A DNA stretch of 63,824 nucleotides from Firmicutes bacterium UBA4881 (GTDB lineage: Bacteria > Bacillota > DTU065), in assembly GCA_002399235.1 (NCBI GenBank), contig DHDH01000049.1, forward strand, positions 1 through 63,824, read 5' to 3'. A model generated the notes under the pieces. The model had not been told where the DNA came from. It ran no database searches and saw only the letters and a program-made list of their open reading frames with translations. This document shows, one piece after another, positions 1 through 9,998 of the stretch. The stretch's first letter is position 1. Each line of letters begins with the position of its first letter. A program made the translations under genes and the position numbers.

Positions 1-21
1 TTTGTTCAGTTTTCAAGGTTC
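1..21 (-). promoter_or_regulatory. rRNA operon leader, boxA-like antitermination/processing element (16S gene lies off the left edge)
   Basis: Minus strand reads GAACCTTGAAAACTGAACAAA, the typical Firmicutes rrn leader motif. It sits just downstream of tandem sigA promoters and next to lysS, as in the B. subtilis lysS-rrn arrangement. Confidence 0.75.
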
Positions 22-48
22 GTGGCACGTTTGTGCCGCAACATTATT

Positions 49-77
49 ATCTTATCACGCTATCTTATCCTTGTCAA
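49..77 (-). promoter_or_regulatory. sigA promoter (rrn P2-like)
   Basis: TTGACA-17 nt-TAAGAT with a TGn extended -10 on the minus strand. Confidence 0.8.
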
Positions 78-131
78 CAATTTTTTATGCACATTGTTTT
101 TATTTATGGTTCGCAGTAGCGCGATATTTAT

Positions 132-160
132 ACTATACAAGGATTTACCTACTACTGCAA
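132..160 (-). promoter_or_regulatory. sigA promoter (rrn P1-like)
   Basis: TTGCAG-17 nt-TATAGT, about 83 nt upstream of P2. Confidence 0.7.
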
Positions 161-209
161 CTTGATAAATCCTGAAGCATGTTCGTTATAAGTCATTAAA
201 GGAAAACCT

Positions 210-239
210 GACCATTTTGGCTCCTTCTTTCATATCATA
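210..239 (+). promoter_or_regulatory. possible sigK-type (mother-cell) promoter
   Basis: gACC-17 nt-CATA-tca-TA matches the sigK pattern AC-N16/17-CATA-N3-TA. Confidence 0.35.
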
Positions 240-298
240 ACTAAGAGATGAAAGTCTTATTTCTTCCAGACTGGCAATTTTGATGGGAGGTTTAAAAT

Positions 299-895
299 AT
301 GCAATGGCTAGGAGGCCCTTCAGAACAATCTGCTACCAAAGATCCCACCCTCAGGCTATTAGAAGAAATTAAAGAGCAACTTAATCGCCTGGAAAAAAAC
401 ATGGTACAGGATAGGGATGAAACGGAAAAAGCAATAAAAGAGATACAATCACGCTTACAAAACCCTTTAAGCGAAATCTCAGTACCTAATATAGAACCAA
501 GTAATCCAGACCTAAAAAAAGATTTAGATCTGACAAATCTCCTTCCCCTGTTAGGAAACTCGGAAAATCTTTTATCAAGTCCTTTGCTGAAACTAATCCC
601 TCTTTTTTCAAACGATAAATACCTTAAGCTTCTTGATCTGATGCAAAAGGTCCAAAAGGGAGAATTACCTCCACCAAGTGAGCTTCTCCCAATCGCTAGA
701 GCCTTTTTTGGTGAAACAGTTACAGCGCAAACAAGTTCTAAAGTCCCCATGTTGCAAAACATGTCTAATCAGTTATATACAGTTAGATCTAACTTAGAAT
801 CTACTCTAGAGCGCTTAGATAACATCAACACAGAAGCATCCGCTTTACTAGAGTTAATCGAGTTATTTTCAGCAAAAAGAAGGCTGGTACCGTAA
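299..895 (+). CDS. hypothetical Leu-rich coiled-coil protein, possibly sporulation-related
   Basis: GGGAGG SD before ATG, 198 aa, heptad-like N- and C-terminal helices, terminator hairpin at its 3' end. Confidence 0.7.
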   Translation: MQWLGGPSEQSATKDPTLRLLEEIKEQLNRLEKNMVQDRDETEKAIKEIQSRLQNPLSEISVPNIEPSNPDLKKDLDLTNLLPLLGNSENLLSSPLLKLIPLFSNDKYLKLLDLMQKVQKGELPPPSELLPIARAFFGETVTAQTSSKVPMLQNMSNQLYTVRSNLESTLERLDNINTEASALLELIELFSAKRRLVP

Positions 896-909
896 AGGTA
901 CCGCCTTCT
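878..909. terminator. hairpin between convergent ORF299 and lysS
   Basis: AGAAGGC(T)GGTACC-gtaaa-GGTACC-GCCTTCT inverted repeat. Confidence 0.6.
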
Positions 910-922
910 AATTAAATACGCA

Positions 923-2446
<1,524 letters not shown>

Positions 2447-2449
2447 TCA

Positions 2450-2920
2450 TTAATTTACAGCTTCTATCCGATAAGCAATGTTGCCAGCAGGTGCTGCAAC
2501 ATGCACTACTTCGCCTTTACGACGACCTATAATAGCTTTCCCTACTGGTGATTCATTGGAAATTTTTGACTTTGCAGGATCTGCTTCGGTTGAACCTACC
2601 AAAGTAAACTCAAAGAGATCGTCTGTTTCGATGTCCTTGAGTTTTACTGTCGAACCAAGGGTTACACTTTCGGTTACTATTTCGGTGTCGATAATCTCGG
2701 CATTACGGAGTCTTGCTTCTAATTCAGCAATTCTACCTTCGACAAAAGCTTGTTCATTTTTAGCATCATCGTACTCTGAGTTTTCACTGATATCTCCAAA
2801 AGCAAGAGCTTCTTTAATACGCTCTGCTACCTCGCGCCTTTTGGTACGTTTTAAATAATCGAGTTCTTCTTCAAGCTGACGCAGTCCTTCTTGTGTCAAA
2901 AGAACTGGTTTTTCAGTCAT
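2450..2920 (-). CDS. greA: transcription elongation factor GreA
   Basis: [13 protein letters not shown] and [10 protein letters not shown] motifs. Start MTEKPV at 2920 behind AAGGGA. Confidence 0.96.
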   Translation of the reverse strand: MTEKPVLLTQEGLRQLEEELDYLKRTKRREVAERIKEALAFGDISENSEYDDAKNEQAFVEGRIAELEARLRNAEIIDTEIVTESVTLGSTVKLKDIETDDLFEFTLVGSTEADPAKSKISNESPVGKAIIGRRKGEVVHVAAPAGNIAYRIEAVN

Positions 2921-3110
2921 TGGATTCCCTTCTTTCCTAAAGGAATATCTACTTTCTCGTTTAATCATGGAATGATAAAAATCCACTAGACAGTTAAAAT
3001 CTAGTAGAATTATCATACAACCACTACAATGCTCTTCTGCTACTCAGTATATTATGGCCCAATGCAACCTTTTATTCATTAACTAAATATCATTAGCACT
3101 GTCAAGTGCA

Positions 3111-3146
3111 TATAAAGCGGGCAGATCACTGGATAATCTGCCCTTT
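3111..3146 (-). terminator. terminator-like hairpin inside the greA leader
   Basis: GGGCAGAT-9 nt-ATCTGCCC followed by GCTTTATAT, about 10 nt after the -10 box. Confidence 0.55.
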
Positions 3147-3156
3147 GATGGCTTCA

Positions 3157-3185
3157 ATTATATATAGTTATATGCATATTGTCAA
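3157..3185 (-). promoter_or_regulatory. consensus sigA promoter of greA-lysS
   Basis: Perfect TTGACA-17 nt-TATAAT. Confidence 0.85.
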
Positions 3186-3349
3186 CACTCCCAAACTTTA
3201 GTAACTTATTGCTACAGAACTATTAAATAAAAACCAGCTCTCACTTGCCAAACTTCCTTTTCTCATAAGACTTTTCTTATCAATCTATACAGCTTTCTAT
3301 AAAAAGTTCCTTCTTCAAAAACACAATTTAATCATGCCCATTTTTCTAA

Positions 3350-3382
3350 GAAAAAAAGCAGTGACCATAATTAGGTCACTGC
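3350..3382 (-). terminator. intrinsic terminator of the three-gene reductase operon
   Basis: GCAGTGACC-7 nt-GGTCACTGC followed by a T-run on the minus strand. Confidence 0.8.
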
Positions 3383-3419
3383 CATGATTTCGCATAACAC
3401 TACAAGTGTTAATAGTTCG

Positions 3420-4499
3420 TCAAGCAGAGGTTCTTTTTTTAGCTATTCTTTCTTTGAGTTGATTTATTTCCTCTTCTTTAACTGCTCTTTCAAAACTTCT
3501 TAATCCAGCTAGTTCAAAACCGTGTTTTTCGGCTAGCTTTATCATTTCTTCTACCTTAGCTACCTCTAAATCTCGGCCTAAACTATAATTCTCGTAGCGA
3601 CCTTCTAAAGCTAGGATCATGGTCTCTGCCATGCAGGCATAAGATGTTTTCGGTGGGAAGCCGAAATTAAAATTAAAATCAACATCTCCTGGCACAAGTA
3701 CTGCTCCACCTTCGAATACTAATACATCATCTCTAACCTCAGCTACCCTTTTAGAGACATCTCTTGGTCTAGCTACATCGCAAACGATAGCACCTGTTTT
3801 TAGATCCTCTGGCTCAATAACCGAATCAACGGCACTAGTAACAGTAACTAAAGCATCTAGTGTAGGTAATACCTCGTGAGCATCGGTGTGAAGCGAAACT
3901 TGACCTTTAGAAGATATTGCTTCTTTTAATTGTTCTAATTCGTGTTGCTTCCTACCGATAAGTGCTAGTTCACCTACTGAACCGGCTAATACTTTCGAAC
4001 AGGCTTTGCCAATTGAGCCATAAGCTCCCATTACACCAACCCGGCATTGGCTAAGATCGGTACCTAACTTATCAGCAGCCCATCTTAAACCTAATAATGC
4101 TGTAGCGACCGTATAGGTATTACCTGTTGTTACTGGTACATCAACATTTTTGGCAATTGTAATACCTGCATCGCCAACAACAGCAGTGTAAGCACCTAAC
4201 CCGACTATTTTAGCTCCTTGTTGAGCTGCCAGATTAACTGCATCAATAATCTTTTTAACAACAAATTTTTCTGGCAATTTAACCATCTGTTCTGTGGTCA
4301 AGGTGCAGGCTGTAAACCAGCCCTCTGCTTCTTTTCCTGTGGCTGATTTGATACCTGTAATATGAGATACCTCTTGAGGTCCGATTTTTTTCATTGTGGA
4401 AAGTACAAGCTTTTCGGGCAAAAAGTTAGCTAAGGGACCAAACTTTCTGCTAATATCACTAAAGGTTATCGGGTGAATAACAAACCCGAACTTTTCCAT
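3420..4499 (-). CDS. COG5322-type NAD(P)-dependent oxidoreductase (acyl-ACP reductase / shikimate-DH-like fold)
   Basis: N-terminal FGFVIHP, GLGAYT, VTTGNTYT, Rossmann GAYGSIG, DVARPRD and YACMAETMILALE; this motif pattern is shared with cyanobacterial acyl-ACP reductases. Confidence 0.8.
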   Translation of the reverse strand: MEKFGFVIHPITFSDISRKFGPLANFLPEKLVLSTMKKIGPQEVSHITGIKSATGKEAEGWFTACTLTTEQMVKLPEKFVVKKIIDAVNLAAQQGAKIVGLGAYTAVVGDAGITIAKNVDVPVTTGNTYTVATALLGLRWAADKLGTDLSQCRVGVMGAYGSIGKACSKVLAGSVGELALIGRKQHELEQLKEAISSKGQVSLHTDAHEVLPTLDALVTVTSAVDSVIEPEDLKTGAIVCDVARPRDVSKRVAEVRDDVLVFEGGAVLVPGDVDFNFNFGFPPKTSYACMAETMILALEGRYENYSLGRDLEVAKVEEMIKLAEKHGFELAGLRSFERAVKEEEINQLKERIAKKRTSA

Positions 4500-4511
4500 A
4501 AAATAGCACCT

Positions 4512-5414
4512 CTATTTCTGCAACCACAACAACCGTGGTTGGAAATTTAGTTTTTCAAGTAAATCAAAATACTCTTCTTCTGTTAGTTCACTCTTCTTGC
4601 CTGCTAATGCTACTAACATTGATTCCATAACATTAGTTCCAAAAGAACGTCCGTTTAACTCAGGAGTAGTAGTTACTAATAGTTTTACTCCTCGATTACG
4701 AAGATCTTCGAGATCTTCTTTTGTAGTTGTATTAGTAATGATAACTTTCCCTAAGAGGCTTTTAGGCATATGCTTTTTAATCATTAAGTAATCGCCAGCA
4801 ATAATGTCAGCCCAGGCATAATATTTGCCATATTTCTCTACAATATTATCCTGGCTTTTGCCAGTGGGGTATAGTACAGAAAAAGGTAGTCTGATAGCAA
4901 TAGGAGCAATTGCCCTGGCCACTTTGTCTAAGCTATTTAAACTATGAAGCGGTATACTAAGTCCTAGAGCAAACATAATATCGCCAATAACTATGTTATT
5001 AGTTAACTTTTCGATCTCATCAGCCATACCAAAACGGTCCATACCACATACTAATAAAACATTTTGATCTTTAAAATTAACAATACCTTGATTCTGTAGC
5101 TGTCTGATGACCCGGCGCTCAAGAGTATTTTTTAATCCACTACCATCAAGAATTGGTGTTTCTTTAGTCGCATTAAGAAATTTCCTAGAATCACCAATAA
5201 TGTAGCGTTTACTTTTAGAAAACAAATAAAAGTCAATACCGCCAAGACCAATAGCATCTACTTTTCCATCAAGGTTTTTAATAGTCTCAATTGCTTTGTT
5301 GATATCACCGTCTGTACCTATGCGTTTAAGTAAAAACTCCTCACCCATTACTTCGACCGTTGCTTCATGGTTTCGTTTTGATGATCCAATACTAACACTA
5401 ACTACCTGCTTCAT
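4512..5414 (-). CDS. conserved protein of unknown function (usually auto-annotated 'quinate 5-dehydrogenase')
   Basis: VVSVSIGSSKR, RIGTDGD, GLGGID, DGSGLKNTLE and GRSFGTNVME motifs; ATGA overlap with the upstream regulator. Confidence 0.7.
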   Translation of the reverse strand: MKQVVSVSIGSSKRNHEATVEVMGEEFLLKRIGTDGDINKAIETIKNLDGKVDAIGLGGIDFYLFSKSKRYIIGDSRKFLNATKETPILDGSGLKNTLERRVIRQLQNQGIVNFKDQNVLLVCGMDRFGMADEIEKLTNNIVIGDIMFALGLSIPLHSLNSLDKVARAIAPIAIRLPFSVLYPTGKSQDNIVEKYGKYYAWADIIAGDYLMIKKHMPKSLLGKVIITNTTTKEDLEDLRNRGVKLLVTTTPELNGRSFGTNVMESMLVALAGKKSELTEEEYFDLLEKLNFQPRLLWLQK

Positions 5415-5950
5415 TTAGCCTCCCCCTTCCGACGTATCTCGCGGATAAGTGATCTTATCTCATTGGCGTCTACCATAACATCCTCTTTAATCGGAGATTT
5501 ACCAATTTCAATTGTTAGTACCTGTTTACCAATAATTGATTCTGCAAATTGACCCCGGAAATTCGAAGCAAGGAAAATAATTGTGTCGAAGTTTTTTATG
5601 GTTTGAATTAGTTCGAGTAGATTGTTTACTAAAGTTGCTCCATCTGTATCGGAAACAAGATCCCAACGTTCTTTATCAGTGAGAAGATAAATAAATTCTA
5701 CGCCTTCTTCATAAGCGACCTTTTCTAATTCCTCTTTGTTAGCAACTGGAAACCCCACTAGGGCAATTTTCCCACCTTTATGCACCTCACCAAGGGTTTC
5801 TAGCCTGGAAATAAAGGTGCGATCTACATCGAGATATTTAGCTACATCGGTTTGGGATAACCCGCTCGCACGCATCTTCAGAATGTCATCAATACGACGA
5901 ACCACTTTATCACGATCTATAAGTTTTTCGCCGATACGAATCAATCGCAT
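5411..5950 (-). CDS. HTH transcriptional regulator with C-terminal alpha/beta domain
   Basis: GLSQTDVAKYLDVDRTFISRLE (XRE-like HTH). Start ATG 5950 behind a GGGGAG SD. Confidence 0.85.
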   Translation of the reverse strand: MRLIRIGEKLIDRDKVVRRIDDILKMRASGLSQTDVAKYLDVDRTFISRLETLGEVHKGGKIALVGFPVANKEELEKVAYEEGVEFIYLLTDKERWDLVSDTDGATLVNNLLELIQTIKNFDTIIFLASNFRGQFAESIIGKQVLTIEIGKSPIKEDVMVDANEIRSLIREIRRKGEAK

Positions 5951-5983
5951 ACCGTGCTCCCCTTTATTTTTCCCTCCATATTT

Positions 5984-6037
5984 TGTGCACACTTCTGTGA
6001 ACAGATATATTTTACCAAGGCTACTTTTAAAAGTCAA
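5984..6037 (-). promoter_or_regulatory. sigA promoter plus palindromic operator
   Basis: TTGACT-17 nt-TAAAAT (6037-6009) followed by TGTTCACA-gaag-TGTGCACA (6003-5984) over the expected start site. Confidence 0.7.
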
Positions 6038-6063
6038 TGAACCCCTAGTCCTAGGGGTTCATT
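6036..6063. terminator. hairpin at the dusB 3' end
   Basis: AATGAACCCCTA-gtcc-TAGGGGTTCATT, a 12-bp stem. Confidence 0.6.
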
Positions 6064-7007
6064 AAAAAAATAATCTCTTTTAAGTCAGCTAGTGTAGAAA
6101 TATTATTAAGTCTGTGTCTTAGAGTCCTAGCTTGGGGTTGTCCTTTTAAATACCAAGCCATATGTTTCCGCATCTCCATCATGGTAGTTCTCTCATCTCT
6201 ATAGGTAAGCATTAAAAGAGCATGACGATAAGCTGTCTGTAGCTTCTCCCTAAAAGAAACTGGCTCAATCTTTCGCCCGTCTTCTAGTGCTAAGATCTCC
6301 TTAAATATCCAGGGATTTCCCATAGCTCCTCTACCGACCATAACTATGGCGCAGCCTGTTTCTTTTTTCATTCTTAGGGCATCTTCGGCTTGCCAGATGT
6401 CACCATTACCGATAACCGGAATCTTTACAGCCTGAACTACCTCGTTAATAGCCTGCCAGTCAGCTTTTCCACTATAAAATTCGTCTCTTACCCTTCCATG
6501 TACCGCAATAGCACTAACCCCAACTTCCTCTAACTTTTGGGCCAGTTCTACATGGACAAGGGAATTTCGATCCCAACCCAATCTGATCTTGCAAGTAACA
6601 GGAATTTTTACTGTTTTCACTACGGCATCAGCAATCTCTACTGCTAGAGGCAGATTTTTTAGTAGGGCTGAACCTTCATTGTTTTTAACAATCTTTGGTG
6701 CTGGGCAGCCCATATTTATATCAATAATATCTGGGCCAAACTCTTCGGCACAAATTTTGGCTCCTTCAGCCATAACCTTAGGTTCTGAACCAAATAATTG
6801 GGCAGCAATAGGTCTTTCTTTAGGATCTATAATTAAAAGCCGGCGAGTTTCCTGGCTTTGGTACGTAAGAGCTTTAGCACTTACCATCTCTGTGACAACA
6901 AGGCCTGCTCCTTGTTCTTTACAAAGTATGCGAAAAGCTCTCCCTGTTACCCCAGCCATAGGAGCTAAAGCATAGGTGTTCTCTAGGTCAACTGTGCCAA
7001 TTCTCAG
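6051..7007 (-). CDS. dusB: tRNA-dihydrouridine synthase B
   Basis: LAPMAG, QLFGS, DINMGCP, HGR, NGDI and GRG motifs. The GGAGGTG SD points to a CTG start at 7007. Confidence 0.93.
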   Translation of the reverse strand: MRIGTVDLENTYALAPMAGVTGRAFRILCKEQGAGLVVTEMVSAKALTYQSQETRRLLIIDPKERPIAAQLFGSEPKVMAEGAKICAEEFGPDIIDINMGCPAPKIVKNNEGSALLKNLPLAVEIADAVVKTVKIPVTCKIRLGWDRNSLVHVELAQKLEEVGVSAIAVHGRVRDEFYSGKADWQAINEVVQAVKIPVIGNGDIWQAEDALRMKKETGCAIVMVGRGAMGNPWIFKEILALEDGRKIEPVSFREKLQTAYRHALLMLTYRDERTTMMEMRKHMAWYLKGQPQARTLRHRLNNISTLADLKEIIFLMNP

Positions 7008-7020
7008 AAAGTTCACCTCC

Positions 7021-7055
7021 AAAAAATAAGGCAGGCTTTAATTGCTTGCCTGCCA
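7021..7055 (-). terminator. rpmE terminator abutting the dusB SD
   Basis: GGCAGGC-11 nt-GCCTGCC-TTATTTTTT directly followed by GGAGG. Confidence 0.75.
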
Positions 7056-7060
7056 AATTC

Positions 7061-7258
7061 TTATAGATTGTACTTTTTCTTGAAACGCTCAACACGACCG
7101 CCTGTGTCAATAATCTTTTGCTTACCAGTATAGAAAGGATGGCATTTAGAACAAATATCAACACGAAGCTCTGGCTTGGTAGAACCGGTTTCAAAGGTAT
7201 TTCCACAAGCACAAACAACTTTAGCCTGGAAATACTTTGGATGTATATTCTCTTTCAT
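7061..7258 (-). CDS. rpmE: 50S ribosomal protein L31 (zinc-binding type A)
   Basis: [29 protein letters not shown]; GAGGTG SD. Confidence 0.97.
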   Translation of the reverse strand: MKENIHPKYFQAKVVCACGNTFETGSTKPELRVDICSKCHPFYTGKQKIIDTGGRVERFKKKYNL

Positions 7259-7270
7259 GGAATTCACCTC

Positions 7271-7327
7271 GTCTTCCAATCTCGGACTAGCGACTTTTAT
7301 TTTAGCACAGTAAAGGTATATAATCAA
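7271..7327 (-). promoter_or_regulatory. rpmE promoter and short structured leader (possible L31 r-leader)
   Basis: TTGATT-17 nt-TAAAAT with TG, then a bulged hairpin GTC-gc-TAGT..ATTG-gaa-GAC immediately before the SD. Confidence 0.55.
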
Positions 7328-7424
7328 GAAAGACCAAATAAACAAAGAATAAAAATTAACCTTTGTTAGTAGATACAGATTTATCTTAGTTATTTGACCT
7401 AATTTAACGCTGGAGGCGATTGTT

Positions 7425-8675
7425 TTGACCGCCCATAAAAAGAAATCTAAATTCACTCTCGTCTACATGGATGCTGCAGGAGAATTAGTTGATACCGATC
7501 TAGAAGCAGTGGTACGTTCTGGTAATAAATTTTTACCAGCTAAAAACTTTATTCCACTACCTCCTGGTTCGGACCTTATGTATTTACCAGGACGTGCTCC
7601 TCTAGTTTGGGTAGCTAACGAAGCTCAAGTAGTAGAAAGTGCTGATGAAGATCCAATTTATCCTTTAGCTGCTATTTTACCTGCAGGTTATAGTAGATTA
7701 GCCTTACCTGCCTATGAAAAACAAGAAGATGCTCCCCTGCTACCACTTTTTGGTTATACAGCTGTAGTCAGCTTACAAAGAGAACTCTATGTTGCTGCTA
7801 AAAAGACCGATGATCCTGAAAAATGGAATCCTTTAAATTATCCAAACGAAAAACTTCCCGCCGCTGTGGCTCAAGTTAGAAAAATGCTACCTAACAATAG
7901 ATTAGTAGAGCATTTAGCCCATTGTGCTTTGGAATACCATTGCCTCACAGCTGCTAATATCTTTTTCCATCGCTGGGAAGGAGGGTTACCTACCTCTCCA
8001 AGGTGTAATGCTAACTGCTTAGGATGTATTTCCTTACAGGAATCTGAATGCTGTCCCTCACCACAAGCGCGTATTGAGTTTTCACCAACTCCCGAAGAGA
8101 TTGCCGAACTAGCTATTTACCATCTCGAATCCAAAGAAGAACCTATTATCTCTTTTGGTCAAGGTTGTGAGGGTGAGCCATTATTAGCTTCTTTGCAGAT
8201 TGAAAAAGCACTACAAATAATTAGAAAAACTACTACTAAAGGTATTATCAACATGAACACTAATGCTCATAGTAAAGACAAGCTCTTAAAACTAAGAGCT
8301 GCTGGTCTTGATTCCATACGAGTTAGCATGATCTCAGCTGTGCCAAGTACTTATGAAAGTTACCACCGGCCTCATGGTTATTCCCTTAACGATGTCTTAG
8401 AAGCTGGACGTGCTTTAAAAAAAGAAGGACTCTCAATCTCTATTAATCTCTTAACAATTCCTGGTTTAAATGATACTCCTAGCGAACTTAAGGCTTGGGA
8501 AAACCTTCTCAAAGAAGGTTGGATCGATCTAATCCAAATACGTAATTTAAATATCGATCCTGATTGGTTTTTTAATGTAATTCCTGTAGAAGAAGAGGGG
8601 TTAGGAATTGAACACCTCATTGAAGTCCTAGGTAAATATGCCCCAGTTGGCAACTTCTCTCACTATAGTAAATAA
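7425..8675 (+). CDS. radical SAM protein of unknown function
   Basis: CNANCLGC (CxxxCxxC), FGQGCEGEP and extra Cys residues; TTG start behind GGAGG. Confidence 0.9.
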   Translation: MTAHKKKSKFTLVYMDAAGELVDTDLEAVVRSGNKFLPAKNFIPLPPGSDLMYLPGRAPLVWVANEAQVVESADEDPIYPLAAILPAGYSRLALPAYEKQEDAPLLPLFGYTAVVSLQRELYVAAKKTDDPEKWNPLNYPNEKLPAAVAQVRKMLPNNRLVEHLAHCALEYHCLTAANIFFHRWEGGLPTSPRCNANCLGCISLQESECCPSPQARIEFSPTPEEIAELAIYHLESKEEPIISFGQGCEGEPLLASLQIEKALQIIRKTTTKGIINMNTNAHSKDKLLKLRAAGLDSIRVSMISAVPSTYESYHRPHGYSLNDVLEAGRALKKEGLSISINLLTIPGLNDTPSELKAWENLLKEGWIDLIQIRNLNIDPDWFFNVIPVEEEGLGIEHLIEVLGKYAPVGNFSHYSK

Positions 8676-8817
8676 TTTTTTTAGGAGAGAGATGATTATC
8701 TATGGCTCCTGCATCTAGATGTTTACCCCGATTTCTAAAAGAACTCTGTTAAGTTCATTTCCCTATACTGCGTCATTTTTTAACCTTATTTCCCTAAGTT
8801 TATAATCGAGATGAGCA

Positions 8818-8859
8818 AATAACCCGTTATAACCATTGATTTGGTTATAGCGGGTTATT
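8818..8859 (+). terminator. terminator after the radical SAM gene
   Basis: AATAACCCGTTATAACC..GGTTATAGCGGGTTATT inverted repeat. Confidence 0.7.
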
Positions 8860-9049
8860 ATTTTGAGTAGAGAACTAACCTGAGACTCACCACTAAAAAG
8901 CGATTTCTATACAAGTTTATATAACAACATTAACATCAGGTGAATCTAGTAAAATAAAGGATAAAAAACCAATAGTTTGAAGTAGTAGCCTAGCAATTGT
9001 ATCTGGTGTTAAGCCTCCTTGATTGAGAAAAAAATATTCTTAGTTTTTA

Positions 9050-9076
9050 TGCAACCTTAATGCTTGTTGTTTCGTT
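9050..9076 (+). promoter_or_regulatory. ECF-sigma-type promoter (probably autoregulatory)
   Basis: TGCAAC-17 nt-CGTT, the AAC/CGT signature of SigW/SigX/SigV-like promoters, directly upstream of the ECF gene. Confidence 0.65.
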
Positions 9077-9100
9077 ATCTATATGAGGGGAGGGTGGCGG

Positions 9101-9658
9101 TTGGAAAATGGAGCAAATGACCTCTGGGGCAAAAATCATCGTAGTAACCATGATTTAGCTCTCGAGATCATAAAAACATATGGCAACGAACTTCTTAGAA
9201 CGGTTTATTTAATGCTAGGAGACTTTCAAGAAGCAGAAGACATTATCCAAGAAACTCTATGGCTAGTAATTCATAAACCAGAGTCCTATAGAGAAAATAG
9301 AAACTTCAAATCTTATCTTTTCACCATTGCCCTCAACCTTGCTAGAGATCGGCTCCGTAGCTTTTGGCGAAAAAGAATTAAACTAGATGATCAATTGAAG
9401 CATAGTAAAGCAATCTCTTCTTCAGCAGAGGAGTTAGCCCTGAAAAACTTTCGCTACAAGTCTGTAACTGCTCATGTCCTAAATCTTCCTGTCGATTATA
9501 AGACTGTAATAGTTCTCCACTATTACCAGGAAATGAGCATTATCGAGATTAGTGAAATTCTAAGTTGGCCAGAGGGAACTGTAAAGAGCAAACTACATCG
9601 GGCTAGGACACAATTAAAAAAACAAATAGAGAAAGGGGGACTTTCGTTTTATGAATAA
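9101..9658 (+). CDS. ECF RNA polymerase sigma factor
   Basis: AEDIIQE, FKSYLFTIALN and EISEILSWPEGTVKSKLHRAR. TTG start behind GGAGGG (ATG 9083 is the alternative). Confidence 0.93.
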   Translation: MENGANDLWGKNHRSNHDLALEIIKTYGNELLRTVYLMLGDFQEAEDIIQETLWLVIHKPESYRENRNFKSYLFTIALNLARDRLRSFWRKRIKLDDQLKHSKAISSSAEELALKNFRYKSVTAHVLNLPVDYKTVIVLHYYQEMSIIEISEILSWPEGTVKSKLHRARTQLKKQIEKGGLSFYE

Positions 9659-9980
9659 AGATTTTGATCTTAATACTTTGAAAGAGAAGTTAGATGATGA
9701 ACTATCTCTAATCAAGATCGTGGACTTTGAAGCTTTTTCAGTGTTAAAGAAACCAAAACCCAAGGCCCGCTTTCTCCAGGTGTTCTTTAACCTCTTAAAC
9801 ATCCTCAAATATAAAGAAATAGAAATCTCTCTTAATATAGCAATAGGCGCTGGTGCAACAGGATTAGCTTTAATTCTCTCTGCGGTTGGCATTTCATGGG
9901 TCTCACCTTCTTATCTAAAAAAGGCTGCTGAGGTCTTAAAAGATCCGGAACAGCTGGATTGGCTTATAGGTCTATTTTAA
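9651..9980 (+). CDS. putative membrane anti-sigma factor
   Basis: Overlaps the sigma stop codon; one hydrophobic helix (IAIGAGATGLALILSAVGISWV). Confidence 0.6.
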   Translation: MNKDFDLNTLKEKLDDELSLIKIVDFEAFSVLKKPKPKARFLQVFFNLLNILKYKEIEISLNIAIGAGATGLALILSAVGISWVSPSYLKKAAEVLKDPEQLDWLIGLF

Positions 9981-9998
9981 GAAAAGAGGGATAAAAAA

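Noticed and set aside
292-762. 156-aa minus-strand ORF and the many other short antisense ORFs in the track (e.g. 1406, 2478, 6589, 13565, 14416, 29744, 44282, 57245)
   Set aside because: They are shadows of well-supported genes on the opposite strand, with no SD and no recognisable motifs
3093-3112. CIRCE-like TTAGCACT in the greA leader
   Set aside because: Only a half-site with a 4-nt spacer, not TTAGCACTC-N9-GAGTGCTAA
7259-7456. Long N-terminal extension of rpmE (likewise greA 2921-3016 and the HTH gene 5951-6037)
   Set aside because: The extensions run through promoters and leaders; conserved starts with SDs lie downstream
8702-8752. 16-aa ORF MAPASRCLPRFLKELC resembling SpoVM (LPKFL)
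   Set aside because: Too short, SD spacing too long, and it lacks the rest of the SpoVM amphipathic helix
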